Notes: generated from the letters alone by a model not told the origin. A DNA stretch of 64,000 bases from Pseudocitrobacter cyperus (GCF_039889165.1 NZ_JAYMYY010000008.1:82200-146199), one strand, 5' to 3'. Shown: positions 44,870 to 55,777, numbered from the stretch's first letter. Numbers and translations are program-made.

Positions 44870-45694
44870 ATGGAACAGAGAAAAATCACACGCAGCGATC
44901 TGGTGAGCATGTTTCTGCGCTCCAACCTGCAACAGGCGTCCTTTAACTTTGAACGCATTCATGGGCTGGGTTTTTGCTACGACATGATCCCCGCCATTAA
45001 GCGCCTCTATCCGCTAAAAGAAGACCAGGTCGCCGCGCTAAAACGCCATCTGGTGTTCTTCAATACCACGCCAGCGGTGTGCGGCCCGGTTATCGGCGTC
45101 ACCGCCGCAATGGAAGAGGCGCGAGCCAACGGTGCGGAGATTGATGACGGCGCCATCAACGGTATCAAAGTCGGCCTGATGGGCCCGCTGGCCGGGGTCG
45201 GCGATCCGCTGGTGTGGGGCACCTTGCGCCCGATCACCGCCGCGCTTGGCGCGTCACTGGCGCTGTCCGGCAACATTCTTGGCCCGCTGCTGTTCTTCTT
45301 TATTTTCAATGCGGTGCGGCTGGCGATGAAGTGGTACGGCCTGCAACTCGGCTTTCGCAAAGGGGTGAATATTGTCAGCGATATGGGCGGCAACCTGCTG
45401 CAAAAACTGACCGAAGGTGCCTCGATTCTTGGTCTGTTTGTGATGGGCGTGCTGGTCACCAAATGGACGTCAATCAACGTGCCGCTGGTCGTTTCGCAAA
45501 CGCCGGGAGCCGATGGCGCCACCGTCACCATGACCGTGCAGAACATTCTCGACCAGCTTTGTCCCGGCCTGCTGGCGCTAGGGCTGACGCTGCTGATGGT
45601 GCGTTTGCTCAACAAAAAAATTAACCCGGTATGGCTGATCTTCGCCCTGTTCGGCTTAGGGATTATCGGCAATGCGCTGGGCTTCCTGTCCTGA
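44870..45694 (+). CDS. sorM: PTS sorbose-specific EIID
   Basis: 274 aa; mannose-family IID. Confidence 0.85.
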   Translation: MEQRKITRSDLVSMFLRSNLQQASFNFERIHGLGFCYDMIPAIKRLYPLKEDQVAALKRHLVFFNTTPAVCGPVIGVTAAMEEARANGAEIDDGAINGIKVGLMGPLAGVGDPLVWGTLRPITAALGASLALSGNILGPLLFFFIFNAVRLAMKWYGLQLGFRKGVNIVSDMGGNLLQKLTEGASILGLFVMGVLVTKWTSINVPLVVSQTPGADGATVTMTVQNILDQLCPGLLALGLTLLMVRLLNKKINPVWLIFALFGLGIIGNALGFLS

Positions 45695-45745
45695 TTCTTC
45701 GCCCCGGCCAGAGCGCCGGGGCCATCGCTCAACATGAGGTGGTTT

Positions 45746-46972
45746 ATGAAAACAACAGCTTTGCGTCTTTACGGTCAACGCGACCTGCGCCTGGAAACCT
45801 TTGATCTTCCGGACATGCAGGAGGATGAAATTCTGGCAACGGTGGTCACCGACAGCCTGTGCCTTTCCTCCTGGAAAGAGGCCAATCTGGGGGAAAACCA
45901 TAAAAAAGTGCCCGACGATGTGGCGACTAACCCCATCATCATCGGCCACGAATTTTGCGGCGACATTCTGGCCGTCGGTAAAAAGTGGCAGCACAAATTT
46001 CAGCCGGGCCAGCGCTACGTGATCCAGGCCAACCTGCAACTGCCCGATCGCCCGGACTGCCCCGGTTACTCCTTCCCGTGGGTGGGCGGCGAAGCGACAC
46101 ATGTGGTTATCCCAAACGAGGTCATGGAACAGGATTGCCTGCTGGCATACGAAGGCGAAACCTACTTTGAAGGCTCGCTGGTTGAGCCGCTCTCCTGCGT
46201 GATTGGCGCCTTCAACGCCAATTATCATCTTCAGGAAGGCACCTATAACCACACGATGGGGATCCGCCCGCAGGGGCGCACGCTGATCCTCGGCGGCACC
46301 GGCCCGATGGGGCTGCTGGCGATTGATTATGCGCTGCATGGGCCGGTTAACCCGTCGCTGTTAATCATCACCGATACCAATAACGACAAGTTAAGCTATG
46401 CGCAGAAACACTATCCGTCGGAGCCGCAAACGCTGATTCATTATCTCAATGCAACCGACGCCTCGTACGAGACGTTAATGGCGCTTAGCGGCGGCCACGG
46501 TTTCGATGATATTTTTGTCTTCGTGCCCAATGAAGAACTGGTTACCCTCGCTTCTTCACTGCTGGCGGCCGACGGCTGTATGAACTTCTTCGCAGGGCCG
46601 CAGGATAAACACTTCAGCGCGCCGATTAATTTCTACGATGTGCACTACGCCTTTACCCACTACGTGGGCACGTCGGGCGGCAATACCGACGATATGCGCG
46701 CGGCGGTCAAACTGATTGAAGAGAAGAAAGTGCAGGCGGCGAAAGTGGTAACTCATATTCTGGGGCTGAATGCCGCGGGCGAAACCACGCTGGAATTACC
46801 TGCCGTCGGCGGCGGGAAAAAGCTGGTGTATACCGGGAAATCCCTGCCGCTTACCTCGCTTACACACATTCAGGATGAAGGACTGGCGGCGATTATGGCG
46901 CGTCATCGGGGCGTCTGGTCTGGTGAGGCGGAGCAATATCTGCTCGCACAGTGCGACCCAATATGCAATTGA
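45746..46972 (+). CDS. sorE: L-sorbose-1-phosphate reductase (Zn-dependent MDR family; start MKTTALRLYG)
   Basis: About 408 aa; GHEFCG zinc-ADH motif; last gene of the sor operon. Confidence 0.85.
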   Translation: MKTTALRLYGQRDLRLETFDLPDMQEDEILATVVTDSLCLSSWKEANLGENHKKVPDDVATNPIIIGHEFCGDILAVGKKWQHKFQPGQRYVIQANLQLPDRPDCPGYSFPWVGGEATHVVIPNEVMEQDCLLAYEGETYFEGSLVEPLSCVIGAFNANYHLQEGTYNHTMGIRPQGRTLILGGTGPMGLLAIDYALHGPVNPSLLIITDTNNDKLSYAQKHYPSEPQTLIHYLNATDASYETLMALSGGHGFDDIFVFVPNEELVTLASSLLAADGCMNFFAGPQDKHFSAPINFYDVHYAFTHYVGTSGGNTDDMRAAVKLIEEKKVQAAKVVTHILGLNAAGETTLELPAVGGGKKLVYTGKSLPLTSLTHIQDEGLAAIMARHRGVWSGEAEQYLLAQCDPICN

Positions 46973-47011
46973 TTGCTGAAGCGGAAAGGTTTGCATGAGA
47001 GAGTAAGCAAA

Positions 47012-47048
47012 AGCGTTCTGGCAACAATTCGCGCCAGAACGCTTTTAC
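47012..47048. terminator. hairpin GCGTTCTGGC-aacaattcgc-GCCAGAACGC + TTTT, between sorE and the convergent TA module
   Basis: 10-bp perfect stem with T-runs on both sides, so bidirectional. Confidence 0.6.
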
Positions 47049-47368
47049 ATCTCACAAAAAATAACTTTTAGTGAACCGCGTACAGCGCTCTGTTTTCCAA
47101 CCACAATCTCAACATCTCGCCCCAGTTTTACCAGGCATTCGAGCATTTTCGCCTCACTAATTCCGCGAAACTGACCTCTCAGTAAATTAGACAATTTAGG
47201 TTGTGTCATACCGAGGATATGTGCGGCCTGCTGTTGGGTTAATCCCTTACGTTGCAGAATTTCACTAATAGCCTGCGCCAACTGCGCTTTCAGTTGCATC
47301 TGTTCGGCATCATGAATACCGAGATCTTCATAAACATTGCCACAGCTAACATCCACATTTTGAGACAT
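47045..47368 (-). CDS. XRE-family HTH antitoxin (HigA-like; start MSQNVDVSCGNVYEDLG)
   Basis: HTH LTQQQAAHILGMTQPKLSNLL; start overlaps the upstream toxin stop by a few nt. The ORF-table N-terminal extension is the toxin's alternate frame. Confidence 0.75.
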   Translation of the reverse strand: MSQNVDVSCGNVYEDLGIHDAEQMQLKAQLAQAISEILQRKGLTQQQAAHILGMTQPKLSNLLRGQFRGISEAKMLECLVKLGRDVEIVVGKQSAVRGSLKVIFCEM

Positions 47369-47369
47369 A

Positions 47370-47717
47370 TCATCCCCCCTGCGCATGGCGTTGAGCGGCC
47401 CTGAGCCGCTGATAAATAAGATCGATTTCCGGTTTTGGCGTGCTGATTCCGGAAGAGGATTTTTTCTGAAATGCGTGTAAGACATACACCGCATTACGCA
47501 AGGTAATGGTATAAACCGCACGCCAGGTATTACCGTGAAAATCTTCCACAACCTCCAGAACACCTGAACCCCCAAAGCCTTTTAGCGGCTTGGCCTGAGG
47601 ATGTCTCTGCCCCTGCTGCGCAAGCCAAAGCGCGTAACCAAAAATATCCTGGACATGCTCCGGCATCGCCTGGAGATCCTTTTTTGACTGTCCGACCCAA
47701 AACAGAGGCTTGCTCAT
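47370..47717 (-). CDS. Gp49-like/HigB-like RelE-superfamily toxin, 115 aa
   Basis: Typical Gp49/HigB features (...RAVYTITLRNAVYVLHAFQKKS...); toxin-first gene order as in HigBA. Confidence 0.7.
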   Translation of the reverse strand: MSKPLFWVGQSKKDLQAMPEHVQDIFGYALWLAQQGQRHPQAKPLKGFGGSGVLEVVEDFHGNTWRAVYTITLRNAVYVLHAFQKKSSSGISTPKPEIDLIYQRLRAAQRHAQGG

Positions 47718-47931
47718 CCCTCCTCCTGATTATATCCATATAGGTATAAATATCCATCGCCATAAGCGGAGAATAAAACAACGGTATCCATGCGGTATGA
47801 AAGATAATTCCAACCTGCGAGGCGCTTTCCAGAATATCTCTCCAGCTCCGTGAACCCCGTCAGCAAGTCTTATCACCATGCGTGATAGCATAGTCATCAA
47901 CCCCTTAATTCCCTGATTGTCTGGAGAAAGA

Positions 47932-48621
47932 ATGGAACTGCTGCTGTTAAGTAACTCGACGCTGCCGGGTAAGGCCTGGCTGGAACATGCGCTACCGCTG
48001 ATTCGTGGCGCGCTGAACGGTCGCCGTTCGGCGGTATTTATTCCCTTCGCGGGCGTGACGCAAACGTGGGACGCCTACACAGCAAAAACGGCAGCGGTCT
48101 TTGAGCCAATGGGCGTGACGGTCGTCGGTATTCATAACGCAGCCGATCCGATCGCTGCCATTGAAAATGCAGACCTGGTGATTGTCGGCGGCGGAAATAC
48201 CTTCCAGTTACTGAAAGAGAGCCGCGAGCGCGGGCTGCTGGCACCGATTGTTGATGTGGTGAAACGCGGCGCGCTCTACATCGGCTGGAGCGCGGGCTCG
48301 AACCTGGCTTGCCCAACCATTCGTACCACCAATGATATGCCGATTGTCGATCCACAAGGTTTTGGTGCGCTGGGGCTGTTCCCGCTGCAGATTAACCCTC
48401 ACTTCACCAATGCGCTGCCGGAAGGGCACCAGGGTGAAACACGCGAACAGCGGATCCGCGAACTGCTGGTTGCCGCGCCGGAGCTAACGGTGATTGGTTT
48501 GCCGGAAGGTAACTGGATTCAGGTGAGCGGTGAAGTCGCGACGCTTGGTGGGCCAAATACCAACTATCTGTTTAAAGCAGGTGAAGAGGCGGTACCGCTG
48601 GAAGCGGGACACCGCCTGTAA
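47932..48621 (+). CDS. pepE: dipeptidase E (alpha-aspartyl dipeptidase; start [13 protein letters not shown])
   Basis: 229 aa; Ser-His-Glu triad residues conserved; matches E. coli PepE. Confidence 0.93.
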   Translation: MELLLLSNSTLPGKAWLEHALPLIRGALNGRRSAVFIPFAGVTQTWDAYTAKTAAVFEPMGVTVVGIHNAADPIAAIENADLVIVGGGNTFQLLKESRERGLLAPIVDVVKRGALYIGWSAGSNLACPTIRTTNDMPIVDPQGFGALGLFPLQINPHFTNALPEGHQGETREQRIRELLVAAPELTVIGLPEGNWIQVSGEVATLGGPNTNYLFKAGEEAVPLEAGHRL

Positions 48622-48626
48622 AGGTC

Positions 48627-48657
48627 GTTGCCGGATACGCGCAGCGCATCCGGCATC
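48627..48657. repeat. REP element (GTTGCCGGATACGCGCAGCGCATCCGGCATC)
   Basis: Canonical REP between convergent pepE and yjbB. Confidence 0.75.
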
Positions 48658-48665
48658 AAAACGCA

Positions 48666-50297
48666 CTAATAATCATCCCGTTCGTCATCTTCATCCGGCT
48701 GCTCCAGCACGCTGTAAGCCACCGAGCAGAAGAGCGAGTTAAGACGCTGCATATCGCCCAGCAGGCCAAGGTGCAGCGAGCTGGTTTCAATACTCTGCAC
48801 GTTTTGTTGATGCAGACGATCGACATGCGCGTGCGAGTAGCGGCGATTCAGAATGCGAAAACGATGCTTACTGCGTCGCAGACGACGAGCGCTGGTGACG
48901 TCGCCGGAGAAGAACACCGACATCGCCAGTTGCAGGTTACTCAGCAACTGTTCGTAAAGTGCATCCAGCTCCTTCAACCCTTCAATCGAGAATGCGCGAC
49001 GGGCCGCCAGCGACTTATCGGCAATTTCGCTGCCCATACGCTCCACAATATCTGACGCCTGTTCGAGGTTGAGCGACATCTCGATAATTTCCGCCCAGCG
49101 GCGCGACTCCTCTTCCGCCAGTTCATCCTTTGGCATCCGCGCCAGATAGAGCTTGATGGCGGTGTAGAGCACGTTGATATCATCCGCCAGCTTACGCAGC
49201 TCTTTCTCTTCACGCGGCTCGCCGTGCATCACCTTTTTCAGCCCTTCCAGCATCTGCTCCATCGCGTCGCCGATGCGCAGCGCTTCGCGCGCGGCATTGG
49301 CCAGCGCCAGCGTAGGCGTGTCGAGGGCGGTGGTATCGAGGTGTTTTGGCTTCAGGCGCGCGTCCAGTTCGGGTTCATCGCGAATCATTCGTTTGCAGAA
49401 ACGCGCCATCGGCTCGGCGAATGGAATCATCACCACGCAGCGAATCAGGTTGTAGAAGACGTGGAAATAGATAACCAGTTCCGATTCCGGCAAGGGAAGT
49501 TTCTGCAGCGTATCGGCCAGCACATGGACGAATGGCAGGATAATCAGGCTACCCACCAGCTTAAACAGTAAACTGCCCAGCGCCACGCGGCGGGCCGCCG
49601 CATTGGCCGCGCTGTTGTTGAGCATCGCCAGCAGGCCAGAGCCGAGGTTGGCGCCAATCACCAGACACAGCGCCACCGGGAAAGAAATGATCCCCGCGGT
49701 GGTCAGCGTGGCGGTCAGCAGCACGGCGGCCAGGCTCGAATAACTGATGATGGCGAACATCGCGCCAATCAGCGCATCCAGCATGATATCGCCAGTCAGC
49801 GAAGCGAAAATCACCTGTACGCCGTTGGCCTGGGTGATCGGCGTGACGGCCTGGACGATGAGTTCCAGCGCCAGCAAAATCAGGCCAAGGCCGATACCAA
49901 CACGCCCCAGTTGCCCGGCGCGCGACTGTTTGCGGCCAAGGAAGAAGATCACGCCGATAAAAATCAGCAACGGCGACAGCCAGGATAAATCGAAGGTGAG
50001 GATACGCGCCATCAGCGCCGTCCCCACGTCAGCCCCCAGGACAATCACCAGCGCAGGCGTCAGGGCGACAAGATCCTGGGCGACGAACGACGTCACCAGC
50101 ATGGTCGTGGCGTTACTGCTCTGCACCAGCGCAGTAACGCCAATACCCGCGCAGAAGGCGAGCGGTTTCTTTTCAACACTGCGGCTGAGGACGGTACGCA
50201 GGCGCGCGCCAAAGACGCGCATCACGCCCGTGCGGACAATGTGGGTGCCCCAAACCAGCAGGGCGACAGCGGAAAGCAGGTGTAACAGAGTTAACAC
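48666..50297 (-). CDS. yjbB: Na+/phosphate symporter-family protein YjbB
   Basis: 543 aa; near-identical to E. coli YjbB. Confidence 0.93.
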   Translation of the reverse strand: MLTLLHLLSAVALLVWGTHIVRTGVMRVFGARLRTVLSRSVEKKPLAFCAGIGVTALVQSSNATTMLVTSFVAQDLVALTPALVIVLGADVGTALMARILTFDLSWLSPLLIFIGVIFFLGRKQSRAGQLGRVGIGLGLILLALELIVQAVTPITQANGVQVIFASLTGDIMLDALIGAMFAIISYSSLAAVLLTATLTTAGIISFPVALCLVIGANLGSGLLAMLNNSAANAAARRVALGSLLFKLVGSLIILPFVHVLADTLQKLPLPESELVIYFHVFYNLIRCVVMIPFAEPMARFCKRMIRDEPELDARLKPKHLDTTALDTPTLALANAAREALRIGDAMEQMLEGLKKVMHGEPREEKELRKLADDINVLYTAIKLYLARMPKDELAEEESRRWAEIIEMSLNLEQASDIVERMGSEIADKSLAARRAFSIEGLKELDALYEQLLSNLQLAMSVFFSGDVTSARRLRRSKHRFRILNRRYSHAHVDRLHQQNVQSIETSSLHLGLLGDMQRLNSLFCSVAYSVLEQPDEDDERDDY

Positions 50298-50349
50298 GGA
50301 ATCAGTTTCTCCTTATTGTTATGGGTTCCTGAGGCTCATCGTGTCGGCC

Positions 50350-50395
50350 TATTGCCTGATGGCGCTTTGCTTATCAAGCCTACAAACCATCCGGC
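50350..50395. repeat. REP-like element (TGCCTGATGGCGCTTTGCTTATCAAGCCTAC-type)
   Basis: Matches the Y-type REP consensus with substitutions. Confidence 0.45.
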
Positions 50396-50521
50396 AGAGA
50401 TCGCTCACGAACCTTCTTTCAGTATAAGGGTTTACGCACAATAAAGAGACAGGACACTCATTGAGTGCCCTGTTAGTTGTAAGGAAAAGTGACTTCACGC
50501 AATATCCGCATAGGAAAATGC

Positions 50522-50971
50522 TTAACCTGCACACCGTCTGTACCACCATAATGTTCCAACCTTGATAAACTCTGAAAAGGTAAAGAGCAAAATTCCGATA
50601 TAGGCTGGATAGCCGGGAATAAAATATAAAACAAAATGAATTATTGATACAGAGCAGGTGAAAGAACATAGTCGTAAAAATTCCTGACACACGAGAAACA
50701 AGACAGGTATTTTTCTTGAGGCGAAAAATAAATAAATTGAACACAAAAGAGAAACATAAAATATAATATTAAAAACAAACATCGCAATAATAAATAGCCC
50801 ACTCCAACCGCCAACATTCATTGACATGAAATTCATCAAAAAATGATGTGTATCGGTATAAAAGGGAATATTCCCACGAAATATTGAAAATCCGACATAG
50901 ATTAATATGGAGATAACATCCATCACGCCCCAAAAGATGTAGATCCTATTTTTTAAATTCATAACATTCAT
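50522..50971 (-). CDS. small integral membrane protein with about 4 TM helices; start uncertain (Met33/36/49 of the 181-aa ORF)
   Basis: Hydrophobic segments IYIFWGVMDVISILIYVGFSIF, GLFIIAMFVFNIIFYVSLLCSIYLFFA, IPVLFLVCQEFLRLCSFTCSVSIIHFVLYFI and AYIGILLFTFSEFIKVGTLWW. AT-rich; overlaps or abuts the upstream gene. Confidence 0.5.
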   Translation of the reverse strand: MNVMNLKNRIYIFWGVMDVISILIYVGFSIFRGNIPFYTDTHHFLMNFMSMNVGGWSGLFIIAMFVFNIIFYVSLLCSIYLFFASRKIPVLFLVCQEFLRLCSFTCSVSIIHFVLYFIPGYPAYIGILLFTFSEFIKVGTLWWYRRCAG

Positions 50972-51755
50972 CGCTAATTGTTGGTATCCAGTGCCAGGAT
51001 TTTCCTTCAGCAGCCCACACATCATCACTTTCAAGATAGCGTTGCGGAATCTCTCTTTGCTCACCATACCGTCTGATCACTGAGCGATTTGAAATGATCT
51101 CTTTATTCTCATTATCAATATACTCAGATAATGGTGACCATATCTGGATCTTATCCCTAATTGTATTCATGAAATCCTTTCCTTCAGACATAAATGGTCT
51201 TCCTTCATCTCCCATAGATGTAGCACGATTGATAGCCATAACTCCTACATTCAATAATGCATGATAATCGTTATCAGTTGTTTGCCAATAACCTGGACCA
51301 TACTCCCGTGTTAATGGAACAAAATTGCTACGCGTTGGTGATGGCTTGCCGTATGCCAGCACCTTCATAGAAAAAGAAATTAAAATATTCTTAATAAATA
51401 AAGAATCATAGACTGCATCATTTACACAAAAAAGTTCTCCATTTTCAGAAATGAAAAAAGGATATCGATAACCATCATCAGCGTCACGCCTTAAATCAAG
51501 TAAGATTAAAAGTCCTCTATCTATATCACTATCTAACTTACTCCAGCTTGATTGGTCATATAGATCATATGAATAATAACTGCGCAAACCATCATTTCTC
51601 TTCAATATATAACCATTCAGAGAACCGACCATCCCACCCAATGATTTTTCCAGGTGAAAAATCTCTTTAATCCGGCGTTTTGCCTGAAGTGGATCAATGA
51701 TATTTTCAAAATCTTTTGGCCTGATATAATCATTTAGTAAATCATAGAGTTCCAT
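50946..51755 (-). CDS. hypothetical soluble protein, 269 aa, no recognised domain, in an AT-rich islet
   Basis: Long ORF in a roughly 33% GC segment; acidic N-terminal half, Trp/Tyr-rich C-terminal half; no TM segment and no catalytic motif recognised. Confidence 0.55.
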   Translation of the reverse strand: MELYDLLNDYIRPKDFENIIDPLQAKRRIKEIFHLEKSLGGMVGSLNGYILKRNDGLRSYYSYDLYDQSSWSKLDSDIDRGLLILLDLRRDADDGYRYPFFISENGELFCVNDAVYDSLFIKNILISFSMKVLAYGKPSPTRSNFVPLTREYGPGYWQTTDNDYHALLNVGVMAINRATSMGDEGRPFMSEGKDFMNTIRDKIQIWSPLSEYIDNENKEIISNRSVIRRYGEQREIPQRYLESDDVWAAEGKSWHWIPTISDECYEFKK

Positions 51756-51902
51756 ATATTCATCAATAACACATATTAATTTATTTATGAATTATGAAGA
51801 TACACCACCTTTTTAATAAAAAATATATTCAATCACTCATTTAGCGATAAGGACGGTTGCCTTTCAAAAAAATTCCTCCAGCCAAAAGCCGGGGGGAGTA
51901 AG

Positions 51903-54900
51903 TTAATCCGCGTCATACCCCAGATTCGGGGCCAGCCAGCGTTCGACTTCTTCTACGCTCATCCCTTTACGACGGGCATAATCTTCTACCTGGTCGCGCT
52001 GGATTTGCGCGACTGCGTAGTATTTGCTGTCAGGGTGGCTGAAGTACCACCCTGAAACCGACGCGCCAGGCCACATGGCGAAGGATTCCGTCAGCTTCAT
52101 GCCGGTGTGTTTTTCCACGTCCAGCAGTTCCCAGATGGTGCCTTTTTCCGTATGTTCCGGGCAGGCCGGATAGCCCGGAGCCGGGCGAATGCCCTGATAG
52201 TTTTCGCGGATCAGTTCTTCGTTGCTGAGGTTTTCGTTTGGCGCATAACCCCAGTAAACTTTACGTACACGTTCATGCAGATATTCTGCAAAGGCTTCCG
52301 CCAGACGGTCGGCAAGCGCTTTGATCATAATCTTGTTGTAGTCATCGTGCTGCGCTTCGAAGGCATCGGCCAGCGCGTCCTCTTCCAGCCCGCCGGTGAC
52401 GGCAAACGCACCGATGTAATCCTCTTTCCCACTCAATTTCGGCGCGACGAAGTCAGAGAGGCAGTAGTTAGCGAAGCCGACTTTTTCCGTCTGCTGGCGC
52501 AAATGACGGCTGACGGTGAGCACGTGAGTACGCGTTTCATCACGGTAGATTTCAATATCATCGCCCACACGATTCGCCGGGAACAGGCCAACCACACCAC
52601 GCGGGTTAAGTGATTTTTCTGCGCTGATTTTATCGAGCATCTCATTGGCGTCTTTAAACAGACGCTGAGCCTCTTCCCCCACAACGTCATCTTCCAGAAT
52701 ACGCGGATATTTACCGGCCAGCGACCAGGTCATAAAGAACGGCGTCCAGTCGATGTAGTTGCGCAGCGTTTCGATGCTGGCTTCCACTTCCTGCACGCCG
52801 AGACGGTGGGCCACCGGCGGCGTGTAGCTCGCCCAGTCAAACGCCAGATCGTTTTCACGCGCGGCCTGCAAGGTCACTGGCGGCGTGCGCGGTTTCTTAC
52901 GCCCGTGCTGAATACGCACGGTCTCGTACTCTTTACGCGTGCGGGCGACAAAGTCGTCACGCTGGGTATCGGAAAGCAGCGCCGCAACCACACCCACGGT
53001 GCGCGAGGCGTTCTGCACATACACCGTCGGGCCGCTGTAGTTCTGCTCGATTTTCACCGCCGTATGCGCTTTCGAGGTGGTCGCGCCGCCAATCAGCAGC
53101 GGGATGGTGAAGCCCTGACGCTCCATCTCCTTCGCCACGTTAACCATTTCGTCGAGCGATGGGGTAATCAAGCCCGAAAGGCCGATGAGATCAGCGTTCA
53201 CTTCTTTGGCGGTTTTGAGAATTTTATCGGCGGGCACCATCACGCCCAGGTCGATGATTTCGTAGTTGTTGCACTGCAACACCACGCCGACGATATTTTT
53301 GCCGATATCATGGACATCACCTTTAACGGTGGCGATCACCATCTTACCGTTGCTGGAGCCTTTCTCTTTGCTGGCTTCAATGTACGGCTCAAGGTAAGCC
53401 ACAGCTTGTTTCATAACGCGCGCCGATTTCACCACCTGCGGCAGGAACATTTTACCTTCGCCAAACAGATCGCCGACCACGTTCATGCCGTCCATCAGCG
53501 GGCCTTCGATCACTTCAATCGGGCGCGTTGCCTGCTGGCGTGCTTCTTCGGTGTCCAGCTCGATAAATTCGGTAATGCCTTTCACCAGCGAATATTCGAG
53601 GCGTTTTTTCACGTCCCAGGAACGCCATTCGGCCTGCTGGGCGTTGGCGGTGTCGTCGGTTTTGCTGCCGCGATATTTCTCGGCGAGATCCAGCAAACGC
53701 TCGGTACCGTCATCACGGCGGTTGAGGATCACGTCTTCTACCGCGTCGCGCAGTTCTGCGGGCAAGTCGTCGTAAATCGCCAGTTGCCCGGCGTTGACAA
53801 TCCCCATATCCATGCCGTTGCGGATGGCGTAGTAGAGGAACACGGCATGGATTGCCTCACGCACCGGGTCATTGCCGCGGAACGAGAATGACACGTTGGA
53901 GACGCCGCCGGAGATCAGCGCATGCGGCAGCTCGCGTTTGATGTCTTCACAGGCGCCGATAAAGTCCTGCGCGTAGTTGTTGTGCTCTTCAATCCCGGTT
54001 GCTACTGCGAAAATATTCGGGTCGAAGATGATATCTTCCGGCGGGAAACCAACTTCCTCAGTGAGAATTTTGTACGCCCGGCGGCATATCTCGATTTTGC
54101 GCGCGCGGGTATCGGCCTGGCCCTGTTCGTCAAAGGCCATCACCACCACCGCCGCGCCGTAGCGACGCAGCAGTTTGGCATGGTGGATAAAGGTTTCTAC
54201 GCCCTCTTTCATTGAGATGGAGTTAACAATGCCTTTACCCTGAATGCACTTCAGGCCTTTTTCGATGACGTCCCATTTCGAGGAGTCGATCATGATCGGT
54301 ACGCGGGCGATATCCGGTTCGCCGGCAATCAGGTTGAGGAAACGCACCATCGCCGCTTCGGCATCGAGCATCCCCTCATCCATGTTGATGTCGATAATCT
54401 GCGCGCCGCTTTCCACCTGCTGGCGCGCCACATCCAGCGCTTCGCTGTATTTCTCTTCTTTAATCAGGCGCTTGAATTTAGCGGAACCGGTGACGTTGGT
54501 GCGTTCGCCGACGTTCACAAACAGGCTGTCGTCGCCAATATTCAGCGGTTCCAGGCCAGACAAACGGCAGGCGACAGGCAGTTCAGGCAACTTGCGTGGC
54601 GGCAGCCCGGCAACGGCACGGCTCATCGCCGCAATGTGTTCCGGCGTGGTGCCGCAGCAACCGCCGACGATATTGAGGAAGCCCGCTTCCGCCCATTCGC
54701 GGATCTGTTTTGCCATGGTGTCGGCATCAAGATCGTATTCGCCAAAGGCGTTTGGCAGCCCGGCGTTGGGGTGCGCGGTGACGTAGCACTCCGCAATACG
54801 CGACAGTTCCTGTACGTACTGGCGTAGTTCATCCGGCCCCAGCGCGCAGTTCAGGCCGAAAGTAAGCGCGTCGGCGTGGCGCAGGGAGTTATAAAACGCT

Positions 54901-55586
54901 TCGGTGGTTTGCCCGGAGAGCGTGCGCCCGGAGGCATCGGTGATGGTGCCGGAAATCATGATCGGCAGGTCAACGCCCAGCGCTTCAAACTCTTCTTTTA
55001 CCGCAAAAATCGCCGCTTTGGCGTTCAGGGTGTCGAAAACGGTTTCAATCAGGATCAGGTCGGCGCCGCCTTCCACCAGCGCTTTCGTCGATTCCCGGTA
55101 TGCGGCCACCAGCCCATCAAAGGTGATATTGCGGAATGCCGGGTCGTTGACGTCCGGTGAGATGGACGCCGTGCGGTTGGTGGGGCCGAGTACGCCAGCC
55201 ACGTAGCGCGGTTTCTCCGGGGTGCGCGCAGTCCATTCATCGGCACAGGCACGCGCGAGTTTCGCCGCCGCAAAGTTAATTTCCGCCGACAGGGATTCCA
55301 TCTGGTAATCCGCCATCGCGATGGTCGTGGAGTTGAAGGTGTTGGTTTCGATGATATCCGCGCCCGCTTCGAAGTAGGCATCATGAATGGCGGAGATCAC
55401 CTCCGGCTTGCTGAGCACCAGCAGGTCGTTGTTACCTTTGAGATCGCACGGCCAGTCGGCGAAACGCGCGCCGCGGAAATCGTCTTCACTCAGACGATAG
55501 CTCTGGATCATGGTGCCCATGCCCCCGTCCAGAACCAGAATTCGATCATTTAACTGCTGACGTAATTGTTCAACTTTGCTGCTCAC
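51903..55586 (-). CDS. metH: cobalamin-dependent methionine synthase MetH
   Basis: 1227 aa; near-identical to E. coli MetH (Hcy-binding, pterin-binding, B12 DxHxxG and AdoMet domains). Confidence 0.98.
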   Translation of the reverse strand: MSSKVEQLRQQLNDRILVLDGGMGTMIQSYRLSEDDFRGARFADWPCDLKGNNDLLVLSKPEVISAIHDAYFEAGADIIETNTFNSTTIAMADYQMESLSAEINFAAAKLARACADEWTARTPEKPRYVAGVLGPTNRTASISPDVNDPAFRNITFDGLVAAYRESTKALVEGGADLILIETVFDTLNAKAAIFAVKEEFEALGVDLPIMISGTITDASGRTLSGQTTEAFYNSLRHADALTFGLNCALGPDELRQYVQELSRIAECYVTAHPNAGLPNAFGEYDLDADTMAKQIREWAEAGFLNIVGGCCGTTPEHIAAMSRAVAGLPPRKLPELPVACRLSGLEPLNIGDDSLFVNVGERTNVTGSAKFKRLIKEEKYSEALDVARQQVESGAQIIDINMDEGMLDAEAAMVRFLNLIAGEPDIARVPIMIDSSKWDVIEKGLKCIQGKGIVNSISMKEGVETFIHHAKLLRRYGAAVVVMAFDEQGQADTRARKIEICRRAYKILTEEVGFPPEDIIFDPNIFAVATGIEEHNNYAQDFIGACEDIKRELPHALISGGVSNVSFSFRGNDPVREAIHAVFLYYAIRNGMDMGIVNAGQLAIYDDLPAELRDAVEDVILNRRDDGTERLLDLAEKYRGSKTDDTANAQQAEWRSWDVKKRLEYSLVKGITEFIELDTEEARQQATRPIEVIEGPLMDGMNVVGDLFGEGKMFLPQVVKSARVMKQAVAYLEPYIEASKEKGSSNGKMVIATVKGDVHDIGKNIVGVVLQCNNYEIIDLGVMVPADKILKTAKEVNADLIGLSGLITPSLDEMVNVAKEMERQGFTIPLLIGGATTSKAHTAVKIEQNYSGPTVYVQNASRTVGVVAALLSDTQRDDFVARTRKEYETVRIQHGRKKPRTPPVTLQAARENDLAFDWASYTPPVAHRLGVQEVEASIETLRNYIDWTPFFMTWSLAGKYPRILEDDVVGEEAQRLFKDANEMLDKISAEKSLNPRGVVGLFPANRVGDDIEIYRDETRTHVLTVSRHLRQQTEKVGFANYCLSDFVAPKLSGKEDYIGAFAVTGGLEEDALADAFEAQHDDYNKIMIKALADRLAEAFAEYLHERVRKVYWGYAPNENLSNEELIRENYQGIRPAPGYPACPEHTEKGTIWELLDVEKHTGMKLTESFAMWPGASVSGWYFSHPDSKYYAVAQIQRDQVEDYARRKGMSVEEVERWLAPNLGYDAD

Positions 55587-55777
55587 ACGCGCTCCCGACC
55601 AGACCCAGAGATAAAAAAGGCATCAGGACATACTGGCATAAACCCTGCGGGTGGAAAAGAGAACAAGGCGCTACATGAGACATGTTCACCATGACTCATC
55701 GGATCAGTAACGTTGGCGATTGCATTATAATCAGATAAAACGAAAATGATTTCCACGATACAGAAAAGGAGTCCGCT

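Noticed and set aside
50349-50744. 131-aa ORF overlapping the small membrane-protein gene in a different frame
   Set aside because: Same strand, different frame, low complexity (F/L/I/Y-rich from AT-rich DNA). The 4-TM frame is the more plausible coding frame.
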